64,000 nucleotides of DNA from NCBI GenBank assembly GCA_951406725.2, contig OX597817.1, positions 58,838,001 to 58,902,000 on the forward strand, written 5' to 3'. Positions 23,951 through 37,064 of the stretch are shown piece after piece. Every line of letters starts with the position of its first letter. Position 1 is the stretch's first letter. Source of the DNA: Octopus vulgaris. Lineage: Eukaryota. The notes beneath the pieces were generated by a model. It had not been told where the DNA came from, made no database searches, and saw only the letters and a list, made by a program, of their open reading frames with translations. The position numbers and the translations under genes are program-made.

Positions 23951-26900
23951 ACGCTGTCTGCTATAATCCAAATATGGCTATGGTTTTTAAAGTATTGTTT
24001 TCTTGCGAGAGTGGAAAAGTAGAGAAAAAAAACTACTTGTAAAAACATAAGATGATTTTTCTATTGTGATACAAAATGTTTATTTTTTATCGTTAGCATG
24101 CCGAGCGAAATACTTAGAGGTATTTCCTCTGCTACTGCTACGTTTTGAGTTCAAATTCCGTCGAGGTCGACTTTGCCTTTCATCCTTTAGGGGTCGATTA
24201 AATAAGTACCAGGGATTAAGTCGATGTAATTGACTTAATCTCTTTGTCTGTCCTTGTTTGTCCACTCTATATTTAGACCCCTATGGCCAATAAAGAAATA
24301 TGTATTCAAATGTGAATACTATCTCGTGGAACAGGCTACAAGTCGGTTAAAACTAAAACCCTTTTCGAACTCACACACTACACCGTTTCACCTCTTCATT
24401 CCAAACTGGATAATTGCTAAATCGATCTTACCATAATTTTGCTGACAACGGTAACAAACAATCGTTCAGAATATTGTAAATCTCTTTTTTTGAGTCCTCA
24501 ACCACTGAAGGGCTCGAAGAAGCACCATTGTGACACCGTCTCGAGTGGGATCATCTTAACAGCATTACAGCCCTTCCCCTCCTGGGCAAAATAGTTCACA
24601 AGATCTCTACCATACACAATCACACATACATTGGTTAGCAACGGGTCACCAAGGGGCAACTGCTTATTGTGCCTATACCTTTAGAGAAACTGGTCTTGGC
24701 TGATTATTTCAAACTAGTCGCACCACATCTCTTCTCGAGATCTGAATACAACCGATTTCTGCCAAAGAATAATGGAATCGCTCCCTAAGACTACCGGCTA
24801 CGAAATGTAGGATTGACTCTGGTTGGATTCGATCTCATACCACTGGAAAACCAGAATACTGCAATGCATTCTACTCGACGCCATAACAACTCTTCCTGCT
24901 CACCACCATTCAATAATTCTTTTCTACTCTAGGCACAAGGTCCGAAATTTTGGTGAGAGGGGGCAGTCGTTTAGACGATCCTAGTGCGCAACTGGTACTT
25001 AATTTATCGACCCCAAAAAGCAAAGTCGACCTTGGCGGAATTTGAACTCAGAACGTAAAGACCGACGAAATATCTATTTCTTTACTGACCACAAGGGGCT
25101 AAACACAGAGGGGACAAACAAGGACAGACAAAGGGATTAAGTCGATTACATCGACCCCAGTGCGTAACTGGTACTTAATTTATCGACCCCGAAAGGATGA
25201 AAGGCAAAGTCGACCTCGGCGGAATTTGAACTCAGAACGTAACGGCAGACAAAATACCGCTAAGCATTTCGCCCGTCTACCCCACCATTCAATAATGTCA
25301 CATTAAATACCGAAGATTTTGTAGGTGGCCCTCGAGCCATACTTGATCGCATTTATCCTCTTCATGTCTTCCCACCCACCCACCTGTAAACACTCCTTCA
25401 CACCATCGCAACCAAATACTTTCTTTCACAACTTTCTTAATACAATTTATCCTAAAACATACCAAGTTTTCAAAACATCGTTTTCTCATTTTCACTAAAT
25501 GGTTTTCTTTTATATCGATGTAGTTAACATTGTTGTTATCGATTATTTTCGAATTGTATATTTTATTAGAGTAAATACAATTTTTTTATATTTTTTATAG
25601 AACCAATATCATCATTAGAAGGACAAAATTTTATTTTCTATTTTAAATTATGAAAATAAATGGAAAAAACAAATACACAGACATAATTTACATTTTCTTA
25701 CCTTTAATAAAATTGTTTATTCCCAGAAATACCGATTGACTTTATAAATCTGAAGACAGTTGATTATTTTACCAATTTCGGAACAACTTGTGTTGTGTTT
25801 TTATCACTTATACATTTCTGCTTTAAAAGTCAAATCTTTATTTATTGCAAATAACTTCCAAGAAGTGTTTTTAAGACTTGAATCTTATATTGTTTTACCG
25901 ATTTCTACTTGGCTGAGCAGAAACTTAAATCCACAAGAATAAATAAAAGAAAAAAAAAACAAAGCAAAAGTAGTTACGTCTAAGAAAACCTGTCGTTTGA
26001 AGTTTGAGAGAGTTTGGAATATTGAAAAGAACAGACGAATCTCTTCCGCTTATAAGATAGGCTAAATATTCAGTCGAAGTGACAATCTACGTCTGGTCTT
26101 TTGACAGAGAATAATATTGATAAAGTAAGATTAGTTGTCCAACAGTGGGTTCTTTGTTGCATGAATTCCGAACCATTACATTTGGCTAGTTTACCTACCA
26201 TTTGCTGTAATTCACAAAGTAAATCGTTTAAATAGATGCATAGTTCTGGAACTAAGAGCACGTTTATGTAGGCGAGGCTTTCTTAGTATACGATATAATC
26301 ATAACTGGAAAGCCGTTTCTTTAAATTCCTCTACGACTAACTTATAAGATTCTGCTGTTTATTAAATGCTGAGAAAACATTGTGCTAATACAGACTTAAT
26401 GTATTATCTTCTTCCTGTTTATATATATATTTTTTTCTCTTTCTCACGTTGATCTCTGTGGTTGTAATCTGTAAGGAAAATCGTAACCGTGTTAAGTAAG
26501 ATACGCGAAGAATAACGACATTCGTTTGATGAAAGAGACGAAAGGAAAACAAATTGAAGTGGGAAACAGATGCAGGAATTTTTTTTTTTTTTTTTTTTAG
26601 CTGTAAACGAAAATGTTAATTTATTGATATTTTGTCTTGAGAATGGAATCTCGCCAGTTTTACGGACCAATACCTTACTGCTACACAAATCGGCGAGCTG
26701 GCAGAATAGTTAGCACGCCGGGTCAAATACTTAGCGGCATTTCTTACGTCTTTACGCTATGAGATCAAACTCCGCTGAGGTCGACTTTGCCTTTCATCCA
26801 TTCAGGGTCGATAAGATAAGTACCAGTTGAATCCTTGGGTCGATGTAATCAACTCCCCTACTTCTCCGAAATTGCTGGCCTTGTGCCAAAAACTGAAACC

Positions 26901-27135
26901 AGTATCTCACTAATACTTAAGGCGGCGAGCTGGCAGAATCGTTAGCACGCCGGACAAAACGCTTAGCGACATTTCATCCGTCTGGACGTTCTGAGTTCTA
27001 ATTCCCCCTTAGTTGACTTTCATCCTTTCGGGAGTCGATAAAATACGTACTCGGATTGGTATAATCGACTCGTCCTCTACCGCGGAATGTAACAAAATTC
27101 GAAACCCTTCCTGATAGTTATTTTATTGAGATAGA

Positions 27136-27368
27136 AGGCGGCGAGCTGGCAGAAACGTTAGCACGCCGGGCGAAATGCTTAGCAGTATTTCGTCTGCCGC
27201 TACGTCCTGAGTTCAAATTCCGCGAGGTCGACTTTGCCTTTCATCCTTTCTGGGTCGATACATTAAGTACCAGTTCGCACTGGGGTCGATATAATTGACT
27301 TAATCCGTTTGTCTGTCCTTGTTTGTCCTCTCTGTGTCTAGCCCCTTGTGGGTAGTAAAGAAATAGGT
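27136..27368 (+). mobile_element. tRNA-derived SINE family 2 with Meta/MESC-like core (representative of ~15 copies)
   Basis: AGGCGGCGAGCTGGCAGAA head, B-box GAGTTCAAATTCC, core GTCGACTTTGCCTTTCATCCTT..GGGTCGATA..TAAGTACCAG; TSD TATTTTATTGAGAT. Other copies lie at ~1268-1480(-), 9491-9708, 15272-15510, 23719-23950(-), 24085-24300, 24918-25275(-), 26690-27105, 27578-27800(-), 33560-33890(-) and 39385-39590. Confidence 0.9.
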
Positions 27369-28066
27369 ATTTTATTGAGATTGCTGAAGGGAGAGTCAAA
27401 GTGGAAAAGGAACTGGACTTTGAATCCAGCTCTGGTTGGGTTCTTGACCGAGAGTGCTGTCACAAAAGCGGGGGTACATTAATATCATTTCGAGAACTTT
27501 TAGCGGATATGTAAAAGTGGTTTTCACCGAGTGTCGAAGCCAAATCGTAGCTTTGGCTAACTGTATGATAACAACTACCTATTTCTTTACTACCCACAAG
27601 GGGCTAAACACAGAGAGGACAGACAAACGGATTAAGTAGATTATATCGACCCCAGTGCGTAACTGGTACTTATTTAATCGACCCCGAAAAATGAAAGGCA
27701 AAGTCGACCTCGGCAGAATTTGAACTGAGAACGTAGTGGTAGACGAAATACTGCTAAGCATTTCGCCCGCCGTGCTAACGTTTCTGCCAGCTCGCCGCCC
27801 TATAATCGGAATATATAGAAGAGAGATTGCTTAACTTCCGTATTTTGGGGTTATATAAATCGGTCGAGGTATTTATTCGACTGACGCTATTTTATCAAAG
27901 CACGAAGAATGAAAAGCCAAAAGGATTTCTGTGAGATTTGAAATCAGAATATGAAAGACTGTTTTGGCAGACAGAGAGAGAGAGAGAGTATTTTAGCCAA
28001 CACTTTAACGATTCTACTAATCCAACAACCGGAGGTAAATTCGGAATGAGGATATAACTGATCATT

Positions 28067-28157
<91 letters not shown>

Positions 28158-28201
28158 AGAGTGTGTGTCTGTGTGCGTGCACGCGTGTGTTTGTGTGTAT
28201 G

Positions 28202-28235
<34 letters not shown>

Positions 28236-29640
28236 TGTATGTATGTATGTATGTATGTATTCAAATAATACAATTGAATCAACTCTATATTGTAAATATT
28301 ATCGATACAACGTACTTGATGTGTGTTGTTTAAACGCCATAAGCTGCGGTTTTTCGTCCGGGAAAAGTTCTTTTAAAGACGTATAGTGTTAAAGAACACA
28401 ATACTTTCCAGAGATTGGCGAAACGGAATCTCTCCAGAAGACGTCACGAGAACGGATGATACCGTATTTCGTTGTGTTTGCGGCTAATCATGCTGCATAC
28501 TCGCGTGACTGCCGAAACAAAATCAAAATCATACGAGCTTCCACAAAGTTTCCGTTCACTAAAATTTCCATCCACTCACAAGGTTTGGTCGCCCCGAAGC
28601 TATAGTAGAAGACATTTGTCCAAGGTGCCGCGGAGTGGATCTGAAACCGAAACCACATGGTTGCAAAGTGGGCTTCTTAACCACAGAGCCATACCTGCGC
28701 CTAACACACACATGCACGACACACAGACTCACACCGTAAATATGTACAAAATAGATATTGTCGATATATGCATTGTAAAGATAAGCTTAATCGTTTGGAA
28801 AATTATATCTTTGTACCAGACATCGATATGTTTGTGCCAACATAATATCCATATTTATTAGATCTAAAACATATTTCAATAGAAAGAAAAAATCATTTGT
28901 ATCGTCTTTCTTGTAACTACATCGGGATGGGTTTCAATTGACATGTATATTTGGAGTCAGTCATCTTGATTTTGCTAATTTCTATTGTCTTGTTGTTGGC
29001 TACAGATTCCAAAGAAATACAATAAAACGAAAATTAATAGCGCTCAACCAACAAATTCGTTTTTATTTGCAAAATATAAGAAAGAAAACTTCCGTAAATA
29101 TCAAACGTAAATTATTTCCGTTCGTTCCATGATTTCTGCTCGTCTAATATTTACACAGTTTACAGGCAGACAGTGTAAAGATGTGTTGGTGTAGGCAATG
29201 GTATAACATTCCGTCTGCCCATTATGTATCGTATATATATATTATTACAACTATTAAGCGGCAATAACCATCGATTTATACCTGCAACGGTTGCTGTATG
29301 TTGCCGTTCTAATGGCGTTCGTTGTAAACCTAACGAGTATGCAGATTACGTAATATCAACCGTGTTGCAGATATTTATATATGCAGCAGAAACCGATTTA
29401 ATACATATTCATTTTTATATCGAATTTTCAAGAAACTGATAGCCATCATTGACGTATGTATATATTTTTTCTTCTTCTAATGTATAACAAGCCGTTTAGC
29501 TCCTCTGACAAACTCAGTTTGCCGTTAATGACATCGTATCGTATAGTTTAGGATCTGGCCGATATATACATGAATACATGTATGTATGTATGTATGTATG
29601 TATGTATGTATGTATGTATGTATGTATGTATGTATGTATG

Positions 29641-29725
<85 letters not shown>

Positions 29726-30033
29726 ATGTATGTATGTATGTATGTATGCACGGACGTGTGCATACACACATACACGAATTGTCTGCAGTGCGCGAACACG
29801 GTATCTTAAAGATAACGCATTTTTTTATTGTATGCATACACTTGTGTGTGTGTGTGTGTGTTTCCACTTCCTTTTCTCTTTCCATTTACTGTATTTTCAC
29901 CTACGCAACCCTTATTTTCCAATACTCTCCAACTCTTCCCCTCCTCTCTTTCTCCACGTTTAACTTACTGTTATTAAATTCTATGCTACTCTTCATTAAA
30001 AGAGTCATATATATATATTTATTTACACACACA

Positions 30034-30096
<63 letters not shown>

Positions 30097-30190
30097 TACC
30101 TCTGTTGTATCCTTCACTCCTTCACAACTGAACTGTACAGTGGAAAGAAGTCTGGACGGAAAATGAATTATTTTAAATTCGGAGAAGATA

Positions 30191-30275
30191 TACAATAATC
30201 CCTCGACTATTGCGGGTGTTACGTTCCAAAATACCCCGGGATAGGCGAACCGCGATATGGCGGGGGATTACTGTA
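30191..30275. mobile_element. Tiny Tigger/pogo-like MITE
   Basis: TA|CAATAATCCCTCG ... CGGGGGATTACTG|TA. Confidence 0.7.
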
Positions 30276-31325
30276 TACAGCATACTGTTGTTGTTGAAAT
30301 TTATCTTCGGGTTAGCTCTGCTGCAGCAGACCCATAGAAACGTTACTTCAGTGATATTCTGTCTGTTCGTATATCAGAAACCAAAGTGTCCTCTACGTTC
30401 TTCCTTCTATGACAATATAGATGTGAAATTTGAGGGAAATTTGGCTCTTTAATTCCAGCTGGTGTATACCTATGACAAATACCATCCAACCGTAACAATC
30501 TGGTTTAAATCAGTTGTTTAGTCCTGTTAGGTCTAATGAAGCCAATCTATGGTAAAACGTGCATTGCCATCTCTTCGTTTTATATATCAAAGGTTTACAC
30601 CATCAAATTGTGTTTCTCATTTTGTCCGGTTGTAAGATGAGACCTCGGTACTTTTTTGTTATTCCATCCTCGTTAAAAAATTGGGTTATCTCCCCCTGTT
30701 TTATGAGAAATATCGGTTATTTTGGTTATCTCCCTCAACTAAAAAAATTGTTTAACCCTCAATAAAACAAAGAAAAAAATGATAATATTAACAAACATGA
30801 AAAGTGGAAAGATGAAACATCGCGTTGAATCTGATTATATTTTTATAACAAATCATACAAAACTGAAAAGATTAATAAACATGAAAATTGAAAAAATTAA
30901 ACATCTTACTGAATCTAATATTTTTACAATAAATCATTCCATACCTATTAAGAAGGCCAAACGTCAACATTGTGTTGAAGTATTGAATCAAAAGGAACTA
31001 ACGCTTTTAATCCAATCTCTTGTCGCTATATTAATTCGATTTTTTAATGGGCAGATAACCCAATTTTTTAATGGTAATTTTTTAATGGGGATGAGATAAC
31101 CGAAACTTACCGTGATCTTTTTCTTAAATTTTTCTTCCAATTGATTTGAGGAATGTACCATTTGAGGCATTTTTGACTGCTTTTTCTAACACGTATGTGA
31201 TGGACTTCCACACAGTTTCCGTCAACCAAATTCAGTCACGAGGCGTTGATTGGCTCCGGGGCTACAGTAGAAGACATTTACTAAAAAAAAGCCGCAGAGT
31301 AGGACTGAACTCAAGACCACGTGAT

Positions 31326-31777
31326 GGATCTTTTCGGTTTGAACGGTAGTTTTTTAAAATAATTTCCACGTAACTTAAACACTTTTAAACGTCGTATACT
31401 GGTAGAATGTGTTTATAAAACATCTTTTTCTCTTGGCTTTATTGAGAAAATTCTATGGTCTGTAAGATATTTGTTGTTGTTTTTTCTTCAATTTCTGCAT
31501 TTTCAACCAATCAATGACGTCTATTGAGGTAAAAAAAAAACATTGTGCTGTATGAATGTGTCCCTCGTTTAAGAAACAGATTGGGTTTATTTACATTTCT
31601 GAAGAAAAAAAGATACCCTTCCCCCACCCTAACCTTAACCCTAACCGTAAGTAACGCTAACGAACCCTAACCCTAAAACAGATTGAAATGCAATAGATCG
31701 ATACCAGGGTTATAATCATGGGTGACAATTTCATATGACACCGCTAGAAAAAACTGCCGTTCAAACCGAAAAGATCC
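31326..31777. mobile_element. Merlin-like MITE with 30-bp TIRs, 8-bp TSD and internal telomere-like repeats
   Basis: TIRs GGATCTTTTCGGTTTGAACGGTAGTTTTTT / AAAAAACTGCCGTTCAAACCGAAAAGATCC; perfect TSD CACGTGAT (31318-31325 and 31778-31785); CCCTAA-like array at 31627-31676; inserted in a SINE. The superfamily is inferred from GG termini and the 8-bp TSD. Confidence 0.85.
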
Positions 31778-31933
31778 CACGTGATTGCAAAACAAGCTTC
31801 TTAACCACATAGCCATGCCTGCATCTATATTCATGAAGTCTTCGTCGCTTCTTGGAATTTCATGTTACTACAGAGAGGTATTATACAACACAGACTTAAA
31901 ACGGTAAATTCAAGTAGTAGTAGTAGTAGTAGT

Positions 31934-31964
<31 letters not shown>

Positions 31965-32360
31965 CTGGTGACGTTTCGTTCCCACTCCACCACCGCCTTC
32001 ACTTTCGTCTATTGGTAAATCTTTGATCAATCACTTCAAGTCCAGCTGAAGCCAATAGTTATGGCGGACTTGCCTACAGATGGCGCCACATGGATGACTG
32101 AACATCGGAATGTTTATTGCAGGAACCAAAAAAAACTTAAAGGTTGTTATTGTTGCTGCCATTGTTGTTTGTTGTTGTTGTTGTTGTTGTTGTTGTTTTT
32201 TGTCTGTGTCTTGTAAAGTTTATAGAAGGATTTGACAGTGGATTAAAAACAACAACAATTACAACAACAACAACAGAAGCCGCCAATAAGGCGGGAGAAG
32301 CACTAAACGTGGTCGCTCGACCAGCTAGAAATAGCAGTCAAATCTCTCTCATCTCTCTCA

Positions 32361-32405
<45 letters not shown>

Positions 32406-32489
32406 ACAACAAAATAAAAGACTGACATATTGGATGATGTAATCTTAGATACACATTGTCAGAACGGATAGAATGGTTATAGCTAGAAG

Positions 32490-32790
32490 CAGGGCCGGAT
32501 TAAGACCCATCGAGGCCCTAAGCACTTAAAAGATTTTTGCGCCCCCATAAAAGATTATGTCATTCAAAATACAAACAAAAACAAACCATAAAATAAATTT
32601 TTATTTTTCAAAACGAAACAAAACAGCAAGAGGGAAAATAATGTTTATTTTTGTCTACTTCCAATTTTATTTAGATTTGAAAAGTTTCCTTCTGCTTTTT
32701 TGAATTGCAAAGTCTTTGATCAGATCTTCAAAATTAATCTTAGGTTAACAGATCTGCATCTATACTTAGTAGAGATAAAGGTATCCCGAA
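32490..32790 (-). mobile_element. hAT (Tip100-like) 3' end with transposase C-terminal remnant
   Basis: TIR CAGGGCCGGATTAAG. The minus strand reads LSLLSIDADLL..KINFEDLIKDFAIQKSRRKLF (hAT dimerisation domain). A homologous end lies at ~59350-59484. Confidence 0.75.
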
Positions 32791-33160
32791 TATTATTTTC
32801 ACAAGCTTAAAGTGATTTCTTTTGTGCCGTAAACCATTTACTAACAATAACCGGCTCTATACGTTCGGAGTTCAAATCCTGCTAATGTCATATTCGCCTT
32901 CCATCCTTTCGGGGTCGATAAAACAAGTACCAGTTAAGTACTGGGGTCGAAGTAATCGAATAACATATTTCCCCTAAAATTCCTGGCCTTGTGATAAAAT
33001 TTGAAACAATTATTATGAGAAGTAAGTGATGGCGGTTGTGGGTGTAAGAACTTCGCTTCGAACCACGTAGTTACGTGTTCGATCCTAATGCAAGACCAGC
33101 CGAAACCTTGTGAGCGGAATTCGTAAGATGAAGTATGTGCAGGAAACCAGTTGTGCATAC

Positions 33161-33243
<83 letters not shown>

Positions 33244-34319
33244 TACACACACAAGCACACACATATATAACGAGTGTTTATGAAGTTTCGAATGGAAAGA
33301 GGTTGGCTCTTTCACAGGGATGTATTTTATCCAAGCGTACACCGGTTTGTGTTAGTATTAGTGTTAACACTTATGAAGTTCCAGTTGTTGTTGTAGATGT
33401 TTTCATCCATTCGATAAAGGAGAACAGAACTTTAATAATATATATCATAAGAAAAAATGGGGAGTTTGAACACAGAAATAGATGCAGAGTTGCTTACCGG
33501 TGAGCAATTCTCTACCCACTGTTATGAACGAATTTTTGTCAATATTTTACCATGAGAAGATTTTTACCGCCCTCGGCGGAATTTCAACGCAGAACATAAA
33601 CCCCGAAATGCCTATTTCTTTATTACCCACAAGGGGCTAAACACAGAGGGGACAAACAAGGACAGACATAGGTATTAAGTCGATTACATCGACCCCAGTG
33701 CGTAACTGGTACTTAATTTATCGACCCCGAAAGGATGAAAGGCAAAGTCGACCTCAGCGGAATTTGAACTCACAACGTAACGCAGACGAAATACCGCTAA
33801 GCATTTAGCCCGGTGTGCTAACTATTCTGCCAGCTCGCCGCCTTTGAGCATTTTGTCCGGAATGCTAACCATTCTATCAACTCGCCGCCTTAGAATTATG
33901 AATTCTTACTGTGATATTCAGAGATGATCTACGATGAGTTTTTTAAATATTTATTTATATAAATTTAATTAGGCGCAGGAGTGGCTGTGTGGTAACAGGC
34001 TTGCTTCCCAACCTCATGGTTCAGGGTTCAGTCCCACTGCGTGGCACTTTAGACGAGTGTCGACCAAAGCTTTGTGAGTGGATTTGATAGGCGAAAACTG
34101 AAAGAAGCCCGTCATATATATAAATGTATGTGTGTGTGTGTGTGTGCCTGTTCTTGTTCTTCCATCACCACTTGACACCTGGTGTTGGCGTGTTTAGGTC
34201 CCCGTAACTTAGCGGTTCGGCAAAAGAGACTGTGGAATAAGTAGCAGGCTCAAAAAATAAGTACTAGGGTCGATTTATTCAAGGCGGTACCCCAGGTAAA
34301 AGATAAAAGATAGATAGAG

Positions 34320-34588
34320 ACTTATGAAAACTGTAAAGGTCGTTCCTCTACTAATTGGTGTGTTGGGAACAGGAAGCGAAAATGTAGACAAATGGCTGAA
34401 GGAGACTGAAATAGAATGCCCGGTAGAGCTCCTAGAGGAAGTTTGTCCCTTAGGGACAACAAGAATTATCAAGAGGGTTCTAAGCACTTGAAAGACTGCT
34501 GTAAACTTATGGATATCTAAAGTAACAGGTAGTAACCCGCTGCCCACATAAATTCTACCAGAAATAAGACCAAACCTGAACCAAACCA

Positions 34589-34590
<2 letters not shown>
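34320..34590 (+). mobile_element. 3' fragment of a second R4/Dong family
   Basis: 34324-34491 encodes MKTVKVVPLLIGVLGTGSENVDKWLKETEIECPVELLEEVCPLGTTRIIKRVLST*, followed by a short UTR and (TAA)n. Confidence 0.8.
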
Positions 34591-34649
<59 letters not shown>

Positions 34650-34652
<3 letters not shown>

Positions 34653-34989
34653 TAGCATCTCAAGGCGACTACAGTACCGGTGACTGTAGGATCTCTAGGA
34701 ATGATAAAAAAAAAAAGGTACTGAAACCTATTTGAAAATGATACCAGGCTTACGATCCCTACAGGGATTGCAAAAAATCGTGTTAATTGGAACGACTCAT
34801 GAACTGAGAAGAGCATTATCGCTGTGAAAACAACATCCATTCATGAATTTATTTATTTATTAATTTTTTAAATACATATTTTACCTGTGAATTTGCGTGT
34901 ATAATCTGGGAATGCATGCAATGAGCTTCTCTGCCCTAGGTGTACAGAAAACACCCGGTTAGAAACGGAAGAAAATTTGAAGAAAGAAA

Positions 34990-34990
<1 letters not shown>
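34650..34990 (+). mobile_element. Shorter, decayed copy of the same R4/Dong family
   Basis: HLKATTVPVTVGSLGMIKK...RRALSL* and the 3' UTR GCCCTAGG...AGAAA.GGAAG.AAATTTGAA are homologous to 35390-35720. It is flanked by TAA repeats. Confidence 0.85.
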
Positions 34991-35058
<68 letters not shown>

Positions 35059-35060
35059 TA

Positions 35061-35719
35061 AGTGGAGTATAAATTAAGACATGACAGAGTTGGCCAATAT
35101 CTACACTGTCTAATAAGTCGGCATTACAATATCAAAACTGCCGACAAGTGGTATAATCACCACCCTGAAGCAGTAACTGAAGGAGAAAATGTAACGATTC
35201 TGTGGGACTTTCCAGTACATACAGACCGAACCATCAAAGCCAATAAACCAGATATTGTTGTGAAAGACAAAAACAATAAAGTTTGCTTATTGATCGACAT
35301 GAGCATCCCCTATGATCATAATATCTCGGCGAAAGAGTTTGACAAGCTCAGAAAATATAAAGACCTGCTCATTGAAATTGAGAAAATGTGGCATCTCAAG
35401 GCGGTTACAATACCAGTGATCGTAGGAGCACTAGGAATGATCAAGAAGGGAACCGAAAATTATATGAGAATGATCCCTGGCTTACCATCCCTGCAAGAAG
35501 TGCAAAAGATTGTCTTAACTGGTACATCACACGTATTGAAAAGAGCATTGTCGCTGTGAGAGCTGTTACTGCCCATGTATTTTAATTTAACCTTAAAAAA
35601 AAAAAATGAACGAACTATTGAGTTTGGTTTAATGGCCTACCAATGTATATTATGAGTTTCTTTGCCCTAGGAGTCGGGAAGACGCTCGGTAAGAAATGGA
35701 AGCAAATTTGAAAGAAAAA

Positions 35720-35720
<1 letters not shown>
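35061..35720 (+). mobile_element. 5'-truncated R4/Dong-clade non-LTR retrotransposon (restriction-like endonuclease domain plus 3' UTR)
   Basis: Open frame YKLRHDRVG...WY.H.P...ILWDFPVHTDRTIKANKPDIVVKDK...CLLIDMSIPYD..I..KE.DKL.KY.DL..EI.KMW...IPVIVGALG, a PD-(D/E)xK RLE domain. It is bounded by (TAA)n on both sides. Confidence 0.9.
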
Positions 35721-35754
<34 letters not shown>

Positions 35755-36670
35755 CGTAATATTATTTACTGAATCCGGCAACAAATATAGCATTAGACAG
35801 CAATTGAATTACAAATATTATGAAACGACGAGGGACATTAAAGAAAGAATGAAAGATGCTGAAAGTTTTATGTGTGTGCGCGCGCGCGTGTGTGAATACC
35901 TACATATGCATGCACATACATGTATGCAAACATGCACGCACGCACATATATGGACATACACTCACACACACATACAGTATATTCATCTACGCATTTATAC
36001 GTATATATGTACGCTTCCCCGATATAGTTATGTATATATAATAAATGTGCGTATGCGACATGTATGTGTGTGTAAGTGTGTGTGTGTGTGTGTGTGTGAA
36101 AGAGAGAGAGAGAGAGAGAGAGAAGTATCTTTTTTTCTTGTCTGAATGGTTACTGGAAAGAATTAGTAATAAAAAAAAAACTAAGCTGTTTGATAAACTC
36201 AATGTTTAACAATAGATAAACAGCCAAAAATCTGGAAACACAACGGTAGGGTGTGATCTCTGTGGCTTAGAACCAACCAGTTTCCAGTCTACGGAGATAA
36301 ATGCAAGAAAAACAAAACAGAACGAAGAACAAACCCAAGGATTATGGCGACGATGTTTCTGAAAGCCGCCATAGTGAATGCCGCCGACATTTATCTACTC
36401 TGGTTAGTTCCTGGTGCTGTTTGTTGTCTTCGTTGCACGGACATTAATGACCTGCTTTCATCTTAGAATACGATTCCTTTTCATATTGGCGGCATCGCAT
36501 CATATTTATAACTATTTTACTGTTTAAGTTGTGGAATTTCTCAAAATAAAAAGGAAAAAAAAAAGGCGTCTATATACGTAATAACTTCAAGAAATGTTGC
36601 ATTGTCTTCAGTTTTGGTTAAGAAGTTCATTATAGTTATCTCCCGCTTCTAACATATTTTAAATTAATAA

Positions 36671-37064
36671 ATCTCTCTATATATAAAGCTGAAGTTGTCT
36701 GTGTGTGGTAGGTTTGGTAGTCTTCAACTAACACTATCTCCTCCGAGACCCTGCGGCGCAAGTTGACCAAAATTGAGAGTATGATAGAAGAAGGTTTGCT
36801 CGTCATTCTGTAGAAGATAAAATTCAAATCGGACCATGTTAACACCAAAAATTATTTACATCAAAAAGGTGCTTTTTTTTCTATGAAAATCCCTATTTTT
36901 TATGATTTTTTGACTGCTGTGTCGCCATTTTTCGGTGTATTTCAACCAGAAAAATGTTCACTTAAAGAGAATAACAAACTACAAAATGCCAAATTTTTAC
37001 ATTTCAAAAATTACAATTCTAAAGGGTCGAAACAAACCCAAGCAACACCGGGCGATACTGCTAC
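36671..37064 (-). mobile_element. Helentron-associated non-autonomous element (second copy)
   Basis: Reverse-complement homologue of 20603-20998 over its full length. Confidence 0.75.

Noticed and set aside
35062-35559. 165-aa ORF as a host gene
   Set aside because: It is a retrotransposon endonuclease fragment that begins abruptly at a TAA tract without a true ATG.
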